Assembly (NCBI GenBank): GCA_963777605.1
Contig: CAVZRV010000035.1
Location: 268,962 to 332,961 of the forward strand
From: an uncultured Acidobacteriota bacterium
GTDB taxonomy: Bacteria; Acidobacteriota; UBA6911; RPQK01; JAPXNP01
DNA: 64,000 nucleotides
Reading direction: 5' to 3'
Within the stretch, counting starts at the first letter, position 1, and every line of letters starts with the position of its first letter. The translations under genes and the position numbers were made by a program. Shown here in pieces: positions 1 through 14,498 of this stretch. The notes beneath the pieces were generated by a model. That model had not been told where the DNA came from. It did not search any database and was given only the letters and a program-made list of their open reading frames with translations.

Positions 1-5183
<5,183 letters not shown>

Positions 5184-5317
5184 TCCCCCCCGTCGCCGGA
5201 ATCAAAGGAGTGAAGCAGCAATCAATCTCCACGGGACCGCTGTCGACACACACCCGGATGGTGCTGCTTCCGCAAATGGAACGCTCCACCGACAGGAGTG
5301 CCGGAGATCGATCCCAA

Positions 5318-6385
5318 TCAATGCCTCTGGGGGCCGTAAATCACCGCTCCATGCGCAAGCCCGGGGATAATTCCGAGCAGGCCGTAGCCAATGGTCTTGG
5401 CGGCGCTTCCCGGGACGAAGATGACGTCGTCCGGTCGAACCGGGTAGTCCGGGGATTTCCCTTTGAGGATCGCGGCGAAGTCGAGCTTGAGTTCCTGGCG
5501 GCTGCCGGACTCGCCTTCCCGCACCAGGATCCCGTCACTCATCTTTGCCGTCCGGGTAGGCCCTCCGGCGGACGAGAGGGCCTGGGTGGCCAGCAGTTGC
5601 TCTCCCTGGGGAATCTCGTAGGCGCCGGGATGCCCGACATCGCCAACCACGTAGAAGAAATTCCGCTTTCGCTCGGGCACATAGAACACGTCGCCACCCT
5701 TGAGCGAAACGTTAAGCGCGATCTGGCTCCCCTCCCGAAGGGCGTCGATATCAACCGGGATCACCTGGTAGTCGGGGGACTCTTGAACGGAGTCTCCGCC
5801 GGCCATTTTCGGCGTCTCCTCTGTCGTCACTTCACCCTTTGCAGACAATGCTGACGCCCCCCGACGGTAGAGGTAGGCGGTTGAACTGGCCACCTCGTTA
5901 GCGCCGCCGGCCATCGTGAGCAGGTCCATCAGGTGCATCTGCTTGTCCATGATGATGAACTGACCGGGCATCATCACTTCCCCGAGGCAGTAAACAGGCT
6001 GCCCTCGATACTCCGTCACAAAGACGTGTACCTTTGGATCGCGAATCAACTGCTTCTCCTCGAGCCGGCGTGCAATCCCGGTCTCCAGCTCCGCAGCACT
6101 GAGGCCGCCGACGGAAAGTAATCCGAGGTACGGCACGTGGATCTTGCCCGAGTTGCTGATGCGAGTTTCCTGGTTCAGGTCGTCCAGGCCGAACACCTGG
6201 ATCGAGAGAAGATCACCCGGTCCCAACCGGTAATCGGGAGAGGTATCCTGTGCGACCGGTTTCTTCGTGTCCTTGGGCCCGTCCCCTGCCTGAGCCTGCG
6301 GCACGCCCCACAAAGCCGACAGGACGGCCAGAATTAAGACGAATGATTTCCAGTGTATTTTCATGGCGAAGTCGCTCCGCTTCAT
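5318..6385 (-). CDS. Polysaccharide biosynthesis/export protein (Wza-like, Poly_export + SLBB domains)
   Basis: Signal peptide; DYRLGPGDLLSIQV, GKIHVPYLG, repeated GEV..PG / AGG SLBB motifs. Confidence 0.9.
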   Translation of the reverse strand: MKRSDFAMKIHWKSFVLILAVLSALWGVPQAQAGDGPKDTKKPVAQDTSPDYRLGPGDLLSIQVFGLDDLNQETRISNSGKIHVPYLGLLSVGGLSAAELETGIARRLEEKQLIRDPKVHVFVTEYRGQPVYCLGEVMMPGQFIIMDKQMHLMDLLTMAGGANEVASSTAYLYRRGASALSAKGEVTTEETPKMAGGDSVQESPDYQVIPVDIDALREGSQIALNVSLKGGDVFYVPERKRNFFYVVGDVGHPGAYEIPQGEQLLATQALSSAGGPTRTAKMSDGILVREGESGSRQELKLDFAAILKGKSPDYPVRPDDVIFVPGSAAKTIGYGLLGIIPGLAHGAVIYGPQRH

Positions 6386-7461
6386 CGAATCGGCCCGTAG
6401 ATAATTGCGCTCTGAACGATTCCCGGAACAATGTTCAGCAGCCCGAACCCCACCGTCTTGGCGTTACTGCCAGGAATGAAGATAACGTCGTTGGCCTGGA
6501 CCAGAATGTCGGGCTGATCGCCCCTCAAAATCGCGCCGAAGTCCACCGCCATCTCCTTCCGGGAACCCGTCTTGTCGTAACGGACCAGCAGGCCGTCGCC
6601 CAGCTTCGCGGTCTTGGTCGGTCCTCCGGCCTGGGAAATGGCCTGGGATACCTTGAGCTCGTTTTCCGGAGGCACTTCGAAAGCCCCGGCGCTGTGCACG
6701 TCGCCGACCACAAAAAAGGTTTCAATCTTCCGTTCTGGGATGAAGAAAGTGTCCCCCCGGCGCATCGCGGGATTGGGAGAAATCACGCCGCCTTCTTTGG
6801 CCGGCTGCAGGTCGATCCGGGTAACGGCAGTCTGTGGAGATCCAATAGAACCGTCGCCGCTGATCACGGCAGGAGCGACGTTGTCGGAATTGTCGGACTC
6901 CGTGATCAGGCGATGGAGATAGCCATAACGGCCCGCTGTGAAATCGAGCCCGCCCGCAAGCAGGATCGCGTCCATCAGGGTCAGTTGCTGAGACATGATG
7001 TACTGGCCCGGACGATCGACCTGCCCCAGGATGTAAATCGGCTTGGCACGGTACTCGCTAATGTACACGAGCACCTCCGGGTTCTTGATCAGGTTCTCCT
7101 CGGCAAGCCGCGTCGAGATCTCGTCTTCCAGTTGGACGGCCGTCTTTTCAGAAACCTCGAGCGTCCCCAGGTACGGAAGGGAGACACTGCCCGAATTGCT
7201 CACCTTCAACGTTTGTGACAGGTCTTTGAGCCCCACGATGTGGATCTCCAACACATCTCCAGGACCGATTTTGTAGTCCTCCGACGTGCCCGGGAGGCGA
7301 AGGAACTGGAGTTGACGATCATCGGCGACTCGCCCCTTCATGCTGTCGTAGTTGTAGGGATAGCCCATGTAGTCACTGCCCTGTGAGCGAACCAGGACAT
7401 TTGAGACGAGAAAGGTCCCGCACAGGACCAGAAAATGAAGGACCATTTTGCGGTTATTCAC
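6382..7461 (-). CDS. Polysaccharide biosynthesis/export protein (Wza-like), paralog of the adjacent gene
   Basis: DYKIGPGDVLEIHIVG, GSVSLPYLG, GQVDRPG, SLBB repeats; 4-nt overlap with the next gene. Confidence 0.9.
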   Translation of the reverse strand: MNNRKMVLHFLVLCGTFLVSNVLVRSQGSDYMGYPYNYDSMKGRVADDRQLQFLRLPGTSEDYKIGPGDVLEIHIVGLKDLSQTLKVSNSGSVSLPYLGTLEVSEKTAVQLEDEISTRLAEENLIKNPEVLVYISEYRAKPIYILGQVDRPGQYIMSQQLTLMDAILLAGGLDFTAGRYGYLHRLITESDNSDNVAPAVISGDGSIGSPQTAVTRIDLQPAKEGGVISPNPAMRRGDTFFIPERKIETFFVVGDVHSAGAFEVPPENELKVSQAISQAGGPTKTAKLGDGLLVRYDKTGSRKEMAVDFGAILRGDQPDILVQANDVIFIPGSNAKTVGFGLLNIVPGIVQSAIIYGPIR

Positions 7462-7535
7462 TGGAGTACTCCCTGCATTCGTTGTTGAAAACCCCGCCGG
7501 GGATGTCCATTGCGCACTGCCGACCCGAATGGCAT

Positions 7536-8513
7536 TCAGCGGCGGTAGTTGAAAATCACCTTGGTGCCGTCTCGTTCGAGGCGGAATGGCATCTCTGGAA
7601 GAGCGTGAAGCGCCGACCGGACGTCATCCTGTCGATTGCGGGGACAGTAGAGAAGAAGAAAACCACCACCACCTGCTCCGGCAATCTTACCACCGAGCGC
7701 CCCGGCGCTCCGGGCCGCTTCGTACATGCTGTCGATCTCGCCGTTGGAAACACGGCTCGCCAGTTGTTTCTTGATCTTCCAACTGGTGTCCAGGAGACGC
7801 CCGAACTCGTCCACCTCGCCCGCGAGGAGAGTCTCGCGAGCGACGCCGGCCAAGCGTTTCAGTTCACGCAGCAGCGGAAGCTGGCCGTTCATCCGGCTCA
7901 CCTGCTCATAGAGGACCGTCTCGGAGCGACGGGTCGTGTTGGTGAAGAAGAGCATCAGGTTCTCGTTGAGCCGGCGTCGGATGGCATCATCCAGGATGAC
8001 TGTTGAGACCCCGACGTCGCCGCTGCGCCCAAACTCTATGAATCGCTGTCCCCCAAAAGCCGCTATGTACTGATCCTGCTCTCCGATCGGCTTCTTGAGG
8101 ATGTCGATCTCGATTTCGCAGGCTTCCCTGGCCAAGGTCGCCGAGTCTTTGGCAACTCCCTGATGGACGTACATCGCGTTCAGTAGCCCGACCGTGACGG
8201 TGCTGGAGGAACCCATTCCCGACCCGGCGGACGGTATGTCCCCCATTGTAGAAACTTCGATCCGCTTCCTTATCCCGGTCTTGCGAAGGCATTCCCGGAC
8301 AAGTTCGTGCTCGAGCTCGTCGATGTCGTCCACCATTTCAGTCTTGGTGTATCCAACGCGGATCTTGTCGTCGAACCGCTCCTTGACAATTACGAAGATG
8401 TACCGGTCGATTGCACTCGACAGTACACAGCCTACCTCCTGGCGAAAGAACCCTCTAAAGTCGGTCCCTCCCCCAAAAAAACTGACCCGTAACGGCGTCT
8501 GAGTAATGATCAT
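7536..8513 (-). CDS. hddA: GHMP-family sugar kinase, D-glycero-alpha-D-manno-heptose-7-phosphate kinase-like
   Basis: [46 protein letters not shown]. Confidence 0.85.
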   Translation of the reverse strand: MIITQTPLRVSFFGGGTDFRGFFRQEVGCVLSSAIDRYIFVIVKERFDDKIRVGYTKTEMVDDIDELEHELVRECLRKTGIRKRIEVSTMGDIPSAGSGMGSSSTVTVGLLNAMYVHQGVAKDSATLAREACEIEIDILKKPIGEQDQYIAAFGGQRFIEFGRSGDVGVSTVILDDAIRRRLNENLMLFFTNTTRRSETVLYEQVSRMNGQLPLLRELKRLAGVARETLLAGEVDEFGRLLDTSWKIKKQLASRVSNGEIDSMYEAARSAGALGGKIAGAGGGGFLLLYCPRNRQDDVRSALHALPEMPFRLERDGTKVIFNYRR

Positions 8514-8681
8514 GATCTTGTCCTCCGGCAGGTCTTTCGCCGGCTGCCCTGTATCTTGAGGCCGGAACTGGGGATATCCCCCACCTCGATCCGGCTGTGC
8601 TGTTGGTCACTCTCTCGTCAAAAACGGTGTGCTACTATCGTGGCTGATCTCACCAGAGGGGCAACTCTTAGGTAAAGCCCA

Positions 8682-10868
8682 ATGAATAAACAGTTTTTTC
8701 ATTTGTTCCTGATTGTTCTCTGCTTCTCGGCAACCATATCGCGAGGCGCTACCTACTACATGTCGCCGAACGGGCGGGACTCCGATCCCGGAACTCGCTC
8801 TCAACCCTGGGGAAGTTTCAACCGCGCATGGCAATCGCTCTACGCGGGAGACGTTCTCGTGCTCCTGGACGGCGTCTATCGACAATCCCTCAACCCCAAG
8901 CGCCGCAACGGGCGCGCCGGCAACCCGATAACGATCCGAGCCGAAAACGACGGTGCCGTCCTCATCGACGGTGACCTCAATGGAGACGGAACCGGGGATA
9001 TTCTCCCGGTCAAAATCGGCGACACCTGGGAAGGTGAGCAGGGTGAAAACCCGGTCGGCGACTACTACGTCGTCGAGGGAATCGTCGCCGCCAACAGCAA
9101 CGATTGGGTCTGGCAGATCTCTGGGAATCACAACGTTTTCCGACGGATTTCCGGCTACAACGCCAACACCAATGGAAACAGTCACGTGATCGGCATCATC
9201 GGCAATTACAACCTGGTCGAAGACGCCGTCGCCTCCGGAAGCGGCCGAAAGATGTTCGAGATCTTCCACGGCCACGACAACACTTACCGGCGCTGCTTTG
9301 CATTCTGGCGGAGGTGGGACGGGAGAAATTGGCACGACCACTGGCCATGGGGAGACGGAGTCGAGGTATACAACGGCTCCTTCAACAGCTTTGAGAACGT
9401 GATCTCGGTCGGTCATTTCGATTCGATCGGACTCCTGAGTCAGAACACCCTGGTCGAAGGGAACCAGATCCTGGGGTCGATTTCGATCAGCGGCGGGACC
9501 GATCAACTGGGGAACCTCTTCAACTGGGGATCGATCCGCCCCCAGCCATCCAGTGCCGCCCCGGCGAGTTTTGTGTCCAATCCGGGGTGGTCTTCAAGAA
9601 ACGGATTCACGATACGGGCCAGCGGTGAATTCAGGGACAACCTGCTCCAGGACGTTTTAGCCACCCGCAATGCCGGGCTGGGAGTGGAAGTCAATATTCG
9701 CTCAGCAGACTTCGGCGAAACCGCCACCAACAACCGGATTAACCGGGCGACTTTCGCCGACAACGGCCACGCCTATAACGGAGCCGACGCCCGGCCGGCC
9801 GACCTGGCCCAACTGGATTCGGTGACGGCAAGCCACATCGAGGTGATCAAGGATCAGTGGGACCGTTCCAGCCCTTCCTTGACGGGCGAAGGGGCCCGCC
9901 TGAGGCACCGATACGTTGAAGGCGTTCTCAAGGACGGCTCGGACGGCTCGGACGCCCAGTCGCTGTGGCCGTGGCCGATGGAAGACCGCATTCGAGCTGA
10001 GATCGGCGTTTCGGTGACCAACCTCATCGCGGGCATTATCCCCGAGCAGGTGGCGCCAATCACTCCACCGAATAAGGGTTCCCTTGCCGTTTCTCCCGTC
10101 TACCTGCCGTTTGGCGTCGTTGAAGGCACCGCGCCCGCAACCCGGGAAGTGGTCCTGAAGAACATTGGAAATGCCTCCATTACGGTTACCGGAGACTCCT
10201 TTGCTTCGGGTAGCGGATCTGCATTCTCGGTAGCGACGGGGACCTGTCCGGGTTTTCCGTTTTCCCTCGGCGCATCCCAGAGCTGTACGGTCCGCGTCTC
10301 GTTTGCTCCTGGTGCCGGCACGCCCCAAACCGGCGACCTGGCATTCAAGAGCGTTGGAGCCCCACCTTTCCCGTTCCCTCCGACAGTCTACCTGTCCGGG
10401 ATATCGCGGATCGTTCCCGACAGAATCCCGCTCCCCGGCAGGCTGGAGGTCGAACAGTATTCCGGCTCCGCGGGAAGTTTTCAGGTCACCGTGACCGGAG
10501 ACAATGGCGGAGGACTGAAGATCGGAGGGATCACTCCCGGCGCCGAAGCACGTTTTGTGATCGACGCCCAGACCGCCGGCACGTACGATATTACGGCAAG
10601 AGTCGCTTCGCTCGACAACACCAGCTCCAAGAAGGTAACCGTCATGATCGACGGGAAGTCGACAGCCACCTTGAGTCCGGTCTTTACGGGAGGCTGGGAG
10701 CAGTTCACCGACATTACGGTCGAAGGAGTCTCGCTTTCGAAGGGTCAACATGATTTGACGTTGAAGTTCGAGATCGGCGGCTACGACATTAACTACCTCG
10801 ACTTCGAGTTGAGCGACGGCGCGGCTCCGGCGAGCCCGCGCAACCTTCGTGTGACTGAGGAAAACTGA
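8682..10868 (+). CDS. Secreted protein: right-handed parallel beta-helix (lyase-like) + Ig-like (choice-of-anchor D/ASH) domain + CBM6/35-like module
   Basis: Signal peptide then ATYYMSPNGRDSDPGTRSQPW, GDVLVLLDGVY, GNPITIRAEN; LAVSP..LPFG...VVLKNIGNASITV...LGASQSCTVRVSFAP; PGRLEVEQY...GTYDITARVAS...TGGWEQF...NINYLDF. Confidence 0.8.
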   Translation: MNKQFFHLFLIVLCFSATISRGATYYMSPNGRDSDPGTRSQPWGSFNRAWQSLYAGDVLVLLDGVYRQSLNPKRRNGRAGNPITIRAENDGAVLIDGDLNGDGTGDILPVKIGDTWEGEQGENPVGDYYVVEGIVAANSNDWVWQISGNHNVFRRISGYNANTNGNSHVIGIIGNYNLVEDAVASGSGRKMFEIFHGHDNTYRRCFAFWRRWDGRNWHDHWPWGDGVEVYNGSFNSFENVISVGHFDSIGLLSQNTLVEGNQILGSISISGGTDQLGNLFNWGSIRPQPSSAAPASFVSNPGWSSRNGFTIRASGEFRDNLLQDVLATRNAGLGVEVNIRSADFGETATNNRINRATFADNGHAYNGADARPADLAQLDSVTASHIEVIKDQWDRSSPSLTGEGARLRHRYVEGVLKDGSDGSDAQSLWPWPMEDRIRAEIGVSVTNLIAGIIPEQVAPITPPNKGSLAVSPVYLPFGVVEGTAPATREVVLKNIGNASITVTGDSFASGSGSAFSVATGTCPGFPFSLGASQSCTVRVSFAPGAGTPQTGDLAFKSVGAPPFPFPPTVYLSGISRIVPDRIPLPGRLEVEQYSGSAGSFQVTVTGDNGGGLKIGGITPGAEARFVIDAQTAGTYDITARVASLDNTSSKKVTVMIDGKSTATLSPVFTGGWEQFTDITVEGVSLSKGQHDLTLKFEIGGYDINYLDFELSDGAAPASPRNLRVTEEN

Positions 10869-10934
10869 GCCCAGGATGACGTCGCCGAGGGCGCCCGGTT
10901 TTGACCCGCACCGGGTTGCGGTGGAGAAAGAACG

Positions 10935-13481
10935 ATGAAACAGGGAAGTTCGACGCACCACATCCCGACGGGTTCTCCCGGGAGGAATCGGACCTCTGGA
11001 ATCGTCCTGACAGCATTCCTGCTTTGCCTTTCCCTTGCCCAGGGAGCTCCGGAAATCACTTCGATCAGTCACCCGACCAGCGTATCGAAGTTTGGGCGAT
11101 TCGAAGCCACCTTTCAGGTCGGCTCCACCGTAGCCGACAATCTCCAGTGGCCCTACGACTCGGCCCCTCCCAACGGCCTTCCCTCTGCATCGGGGATCTC
11201 GGTCGACGGCCTCTTCAGCCCGGACAACTGGGCGACCATCTACGTCCAGCCTTCCTTCCTGTCCGAATCCTTTGTAGACGAAGTCCGCGACGGGAAGCCC
11301 TGGTACTACCCGACCGGTCAGTACAGCTGGAAAGTCCGCTTTGCGCCCAACCGCCCGGGAACCTGGGCGTTTCGATTGAGAGCCCACGACGCGGGGGGCA
11401 CCGTCGAGTCCGCACCACGAACATTTGAGGTTGCGGAGGCTTCGTCCCCGGGCTTCATCCGAGTGAGCCCGACCGATCCCCGCTATTTCGAATTCGACGA
11501 TGGGACTCCCTTCCTCGGCCTCGGTTACCAGGCCGCCGCCGACCTGACCGAAGCAGACTTTCAGAAAATGGCCGCCAACGGGATCCAGTTCCTGCGCATG
11601 TGGTGGACGCCCGAATCGATTTTCGGATCGCAGTGGAACCCCTATTACGAAATCCGGAATCAGTACCTGGGCTACGTTCCACGCCCCGGTGTCCTTCCTT
11701 TTGAGGATGAAGTCGAGGGGAAAACCTCGATCAAGATGCGCCTCGATTACAAAGCGGACGGCAACACCAGCTGGTTCGATGCCTGCCGGGTGATCGGCTA
11801 TTGGGGAACTCCAACGGAGGTCAAGCCGAACACCACCTACCGGGTGGAGGTCCGCTACCGGGGATTTGGGGTCTCCGGGCCGAGAGACACGGGGCACCAA
11901 AACTATGGTCTGGTCGTCAAGACCGACGTCGCCTGGCAGAACTACTCCCGGGCATTCGACGCCGGAACCGGTTCCGCCGTCACCGGCTATGGCGGGAATA
12001 CCCCCTCCTCTTGGGGGACAATCACCGGAGAATGGTTTTCGGGAACGAACAACTTTCTCCCCAAGTTCTTTCTGACCCTGGAAAACGTCCTCGCGGGCCA
12101 GGTCTACATCGACACCATTTCCATCCGCGAAAACCTGGGAGGCGGGCATTTTGGGCCTGAAATCCTCCACAAGCCGTCGATGGAGCATCAGAACTACTTT
12201 CAGCAGCACAACTCTCATCACCTCGACCGCCTGGTTGAGATGGCCGAACGCAACGGGGTCTACCTGAAGGTGGTCATCCTCGAAAAGAGCGAGGTCATCT
12301 CCAAGAAGATCGATTTCGACGGGAACTTCGCCCAGGACAACGACGCCTTCTTCTTCGGGCGCGGACGGGAGGTCGGCAAGGTACGCTGGCTTCAACAGGC
12401 ATGGTGGCGCTACCTTCAGGCCCGTTGGGGGTACTCGACTTCGATCCACTCCTGGGAACTGCTCAATGAAGGGGACCCCTACAGCGATCAGCATTACATT
12501 CTGGCGGATGAATTCGGCAAGTACATGCATTGCCGGGTCTTTGGTCGAGCGGTTGGAACCGGCGACAGCGCGAAGTGCACTTATGACCACCCCAACGGTC
12601 ACCTGGTGACCACCTCTTTCTGGCACTCCCTGCCCGCCCAGCAGGTCTGGGAGAATCCGCGCTATCCCAACATCGATTACGTGGACGTTCATGCTTACGT
12701 CAGTACCGGGTGGATTCGGGACGCCGCCCTGGAGTCCGATGCAGCCGGCTACCACCTGGCCTACAGCAGTGCGTCGCGCATTCTGGTCGATTCGGCCGCT
12801 TCATCTGCCCACCTCGCGGGCAAACCGATTGTCCGTGGTGAAGCAGGACTCGATTTGCTCTCGGAGCAGAAGGAAAACCCCGCCCTGTCACAAGACCGGC
12901 AGGGTATCTGGCTTCACAACTTCCTCTGGTCATCGCTCGACCCGGGAGCCCTCTACGAGTTGTACTGGTGGTCGGAGAATCGGGAGAACCAGCCTGGTCC
13001 CGACGGGGTCAAGGGTTTGCACGAGATTTACCGCGGCGTCGCCGCCTTCCTCTCCGGCCTTCATCTCAACAACGGTCGCTACCAGGACCTTTCCGCCACC
13101 ACGAACAACCCGGGGTTCCGGGTTGTCGGCCAGAAGGCTCCCGGCGATGGACTGGCTCATCTCTGGGTTCAAAATCGGTCGCACACCTGGAAGAACGTCG
13201 TTTCCGGGGCTCCCATCCCGGCAGCGTCAGGAACGGTCTCCATCGGTGGATTTGCCGCCGGATCGTCCTTCAAACTGGAACGGTGGGACCCGTACAGCAT
13301 CGCCAACCCGGCCGTTCCCATTTCAGAGACCGTTGTCACGAGCGATGGAGAAGGCCGGCTTTCCATTCAAATACAGAACCTGACAACTGATGCGGCGTTC
13401 AAACTCGTGCCCACTGAGAACTCGGGCGGTCCTTCCGAACCGGAGCGCCCCCGCAACCTCCGCGTCGTCCAGGACAACTGA
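10935..13481 (+). CDS. Secreted glycoside hydrolase-like protein (DUF5060-like N-terminal Ig domain + clan GH-A/GH5-like barrel)
   Basis: Signal peptide; WKVRFAPNRPGTW, GFIRVSPTDPRYFEFDDGTPF; RYLQARWGYSTSIHSWELLNE (acid/base), VDVHAY, KPIVRGEAG (nucleophile). Confidence 0.78.
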   Translation: MKQGSSTHHIPTGSPGRNRTSGIVLTAFLLCLSLAQGAPEITSISHPTSVSKFGRFEATFQVGSTVADNLQWPYDSAPPNGLPSASGISVDGLFSPDNWATIYVQPSFLSESFVDEVRDGKPWYYPTGQYSWKVRFAPNRPGTWAFRLRAHDAGGTVESAPRTFEVAEASSPGFIRVSPTDPRYFEFDDGTPFLGLGYQAAADLTEADFQKMAANGIQFLRMWWTPESIFGSQWNPYYEIRNQYLGYVPRPGVLPFEDEVEGKTSIKMRLDYKADGNTSWFDACRVIGYWGTPTEVKPNTTYRVEVRYRGFGVSGPRDTGHQNYGLVVKTDVAWQNYSRAFDAGTGSAVTGYGGNTPSSWGTITGEWFSGTNNFLPKFFLTLENVLAGQVYIDTISIRENLGGGHFGPEILHKPSMEHQNYFQQHNSHHLDRLVEMAERNGVYLKVVILEKSEVISKKIDFDGNFAQDNDAFFFGRGREVGKVRWLQQAWWRYLQARWGYSTSIHSWELLNEGDPYSDQHYILADEFGKYMHCRVFGRAVGTGDSAKCTYDHPNGHLVTTSFWHSLPAQQVWENPRYPNIDYVDVHAYVSTGWIRDAALESDAAGYHLAYSSASRILVDSAASSAHLAGKPIVRGEAGLDLLSEQKENPALSQDRQGIWLHNFLWSSLDPGALYELYWWSENRENQPGPDGVKGLHEIYRGVAAFLSGLHLNNGRYQDLSATTNNPGFRVVGQKAPGDGLAHLWVQNRSHTWKNVVSGAPIPAASGTVSIGGFAAGSSFKLERWDPYSIANPAVPISETVVTSDGEGRLSIQIQNLTTDAAFKLVPTENSGGPSEPERPRNLRVVQDN

Positions 13482-14498
13482 TCAGCCAGCCTTCCTCCCA
13501 GACGCGAGTTCGTCAATCACTTCCCGGAATTTCCGCCTCGATTCCTCGGCATCGAACTGCTCACAGGCAATCGACCGCATTCGCGCCTGCTGCCGGTTCT
13601 TCTCTTCCTCGGAGGCAGCGGCGTAGGCCCTCAGCCTGGCTTTGAGTTCATCGCCGGTCAGGTAGATGCAGTCGCCGGGTACCATTTCCTCGGCCCCATT
13701 CCAACCGTGGACGAGAGTGTAGCACCCCGTGGCCATTGCCTCTATCGGGGCCACCTGGAGCCCTTCCGAATAGCTGTGGGAAATGAACACGTCGATCTTC
13801 TCAAGCCAGGAGGGGGTGTCCTCAACATTGCCATAGAAAGTAACCCGGTCCTGAATGCCCAGGCGCTCTACGATCCTGCGCAGCGCCAGCGAGTAATCCC
13901 CGTGAGCAGGATGATCCGCTCCCCCGATGTGGAGATGGAACCGGTCCCCGTCCTTCAGCATCTCGGCAAGCACCAGGATCAGGTCGTAGACACGCTTTCT
14001 CGGAATCAGCTGGCATAGCACTCCCAGGTTGCCCCGGTAGGTTCGTTCGGCCTGCCGGAAGCGGTCTAATGACACGGAACTGATAATCACCCGGGTCTTG
14101 GAAGCGTATTCGGGAAATCGTGCTGTGAACTCGCGCCTCATGGCCTCACTGACCAGAATTACCCGGTCAACCCTGTTCCAGTTGATCCGTTCGACCCACT
14201 CGTACATTTCATACCGATGCAACCGGGTCACGATTCGCGCCTTCTGCGAAAGCTGGGTCGCCGCAGACAGCAACCCGCTCGCCCACTCGAAGAAGACGAC
14301 GTCGTTGCGGGCAAGGAATCGGTCCATATCCCGATTCAACCGATACCGATTGATTCTCGTGTTGAAGATCGCCAACTGGAATGTCTTGCGTTCGAACTGG
14401 GTGACCTCATAGTGACGTTGGAAATCCTCAAAGAGATCCCGGAAGAAACTCCATGTTTCTTCGATCGCCACACCCAGCCGGATTCCAGAGTCGCTCAC
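13482..14498 (-). CDS. Glycosyltransferase family 4
   Basis: VILVSEAMR, PRKRV, VFISHSYSEGLQVAPIEAMATG (EX7E). Confidence 0.88.
   Translation of the reverse strand: MSDSGIRLGVAIEETWSFFRDLFEDFQRHYEVTQFERKTFQLAIFNTRINRYRLNRDMDRFLARNDVVFFEWASGLLSAATQLSQKARIVTRLHRYEMYEWVERINWNRVDRVILVSEAMRREFTARFPEYASKTRVIISSVSLDRFRQAERTYRGNLGVLCQLIPRKRVYDLILVLAEMLKDGDRFHLHIGGADHPAHGDYSLALRRIVERLGIQDRVTFYGNVEDTPSWLEKIDVFISHSYSEGLQVAPIEAMATGCYTLVHGWNGAEEMVPGDCIYLTGDELKARLRAYAAASEEEKNRQQARMRSIACEQFDAEESRRKFREVIDELASGRKAG

Noticed and set aside
9702-12755. 1017-aa minus-strand ORF and other long antisense ORFs (e.g. 38035-40209, 2301-3953, 44277-45809)
   Set aside because: These are shadows of real genes in GC-rich DNA, with no recognisable motifs.
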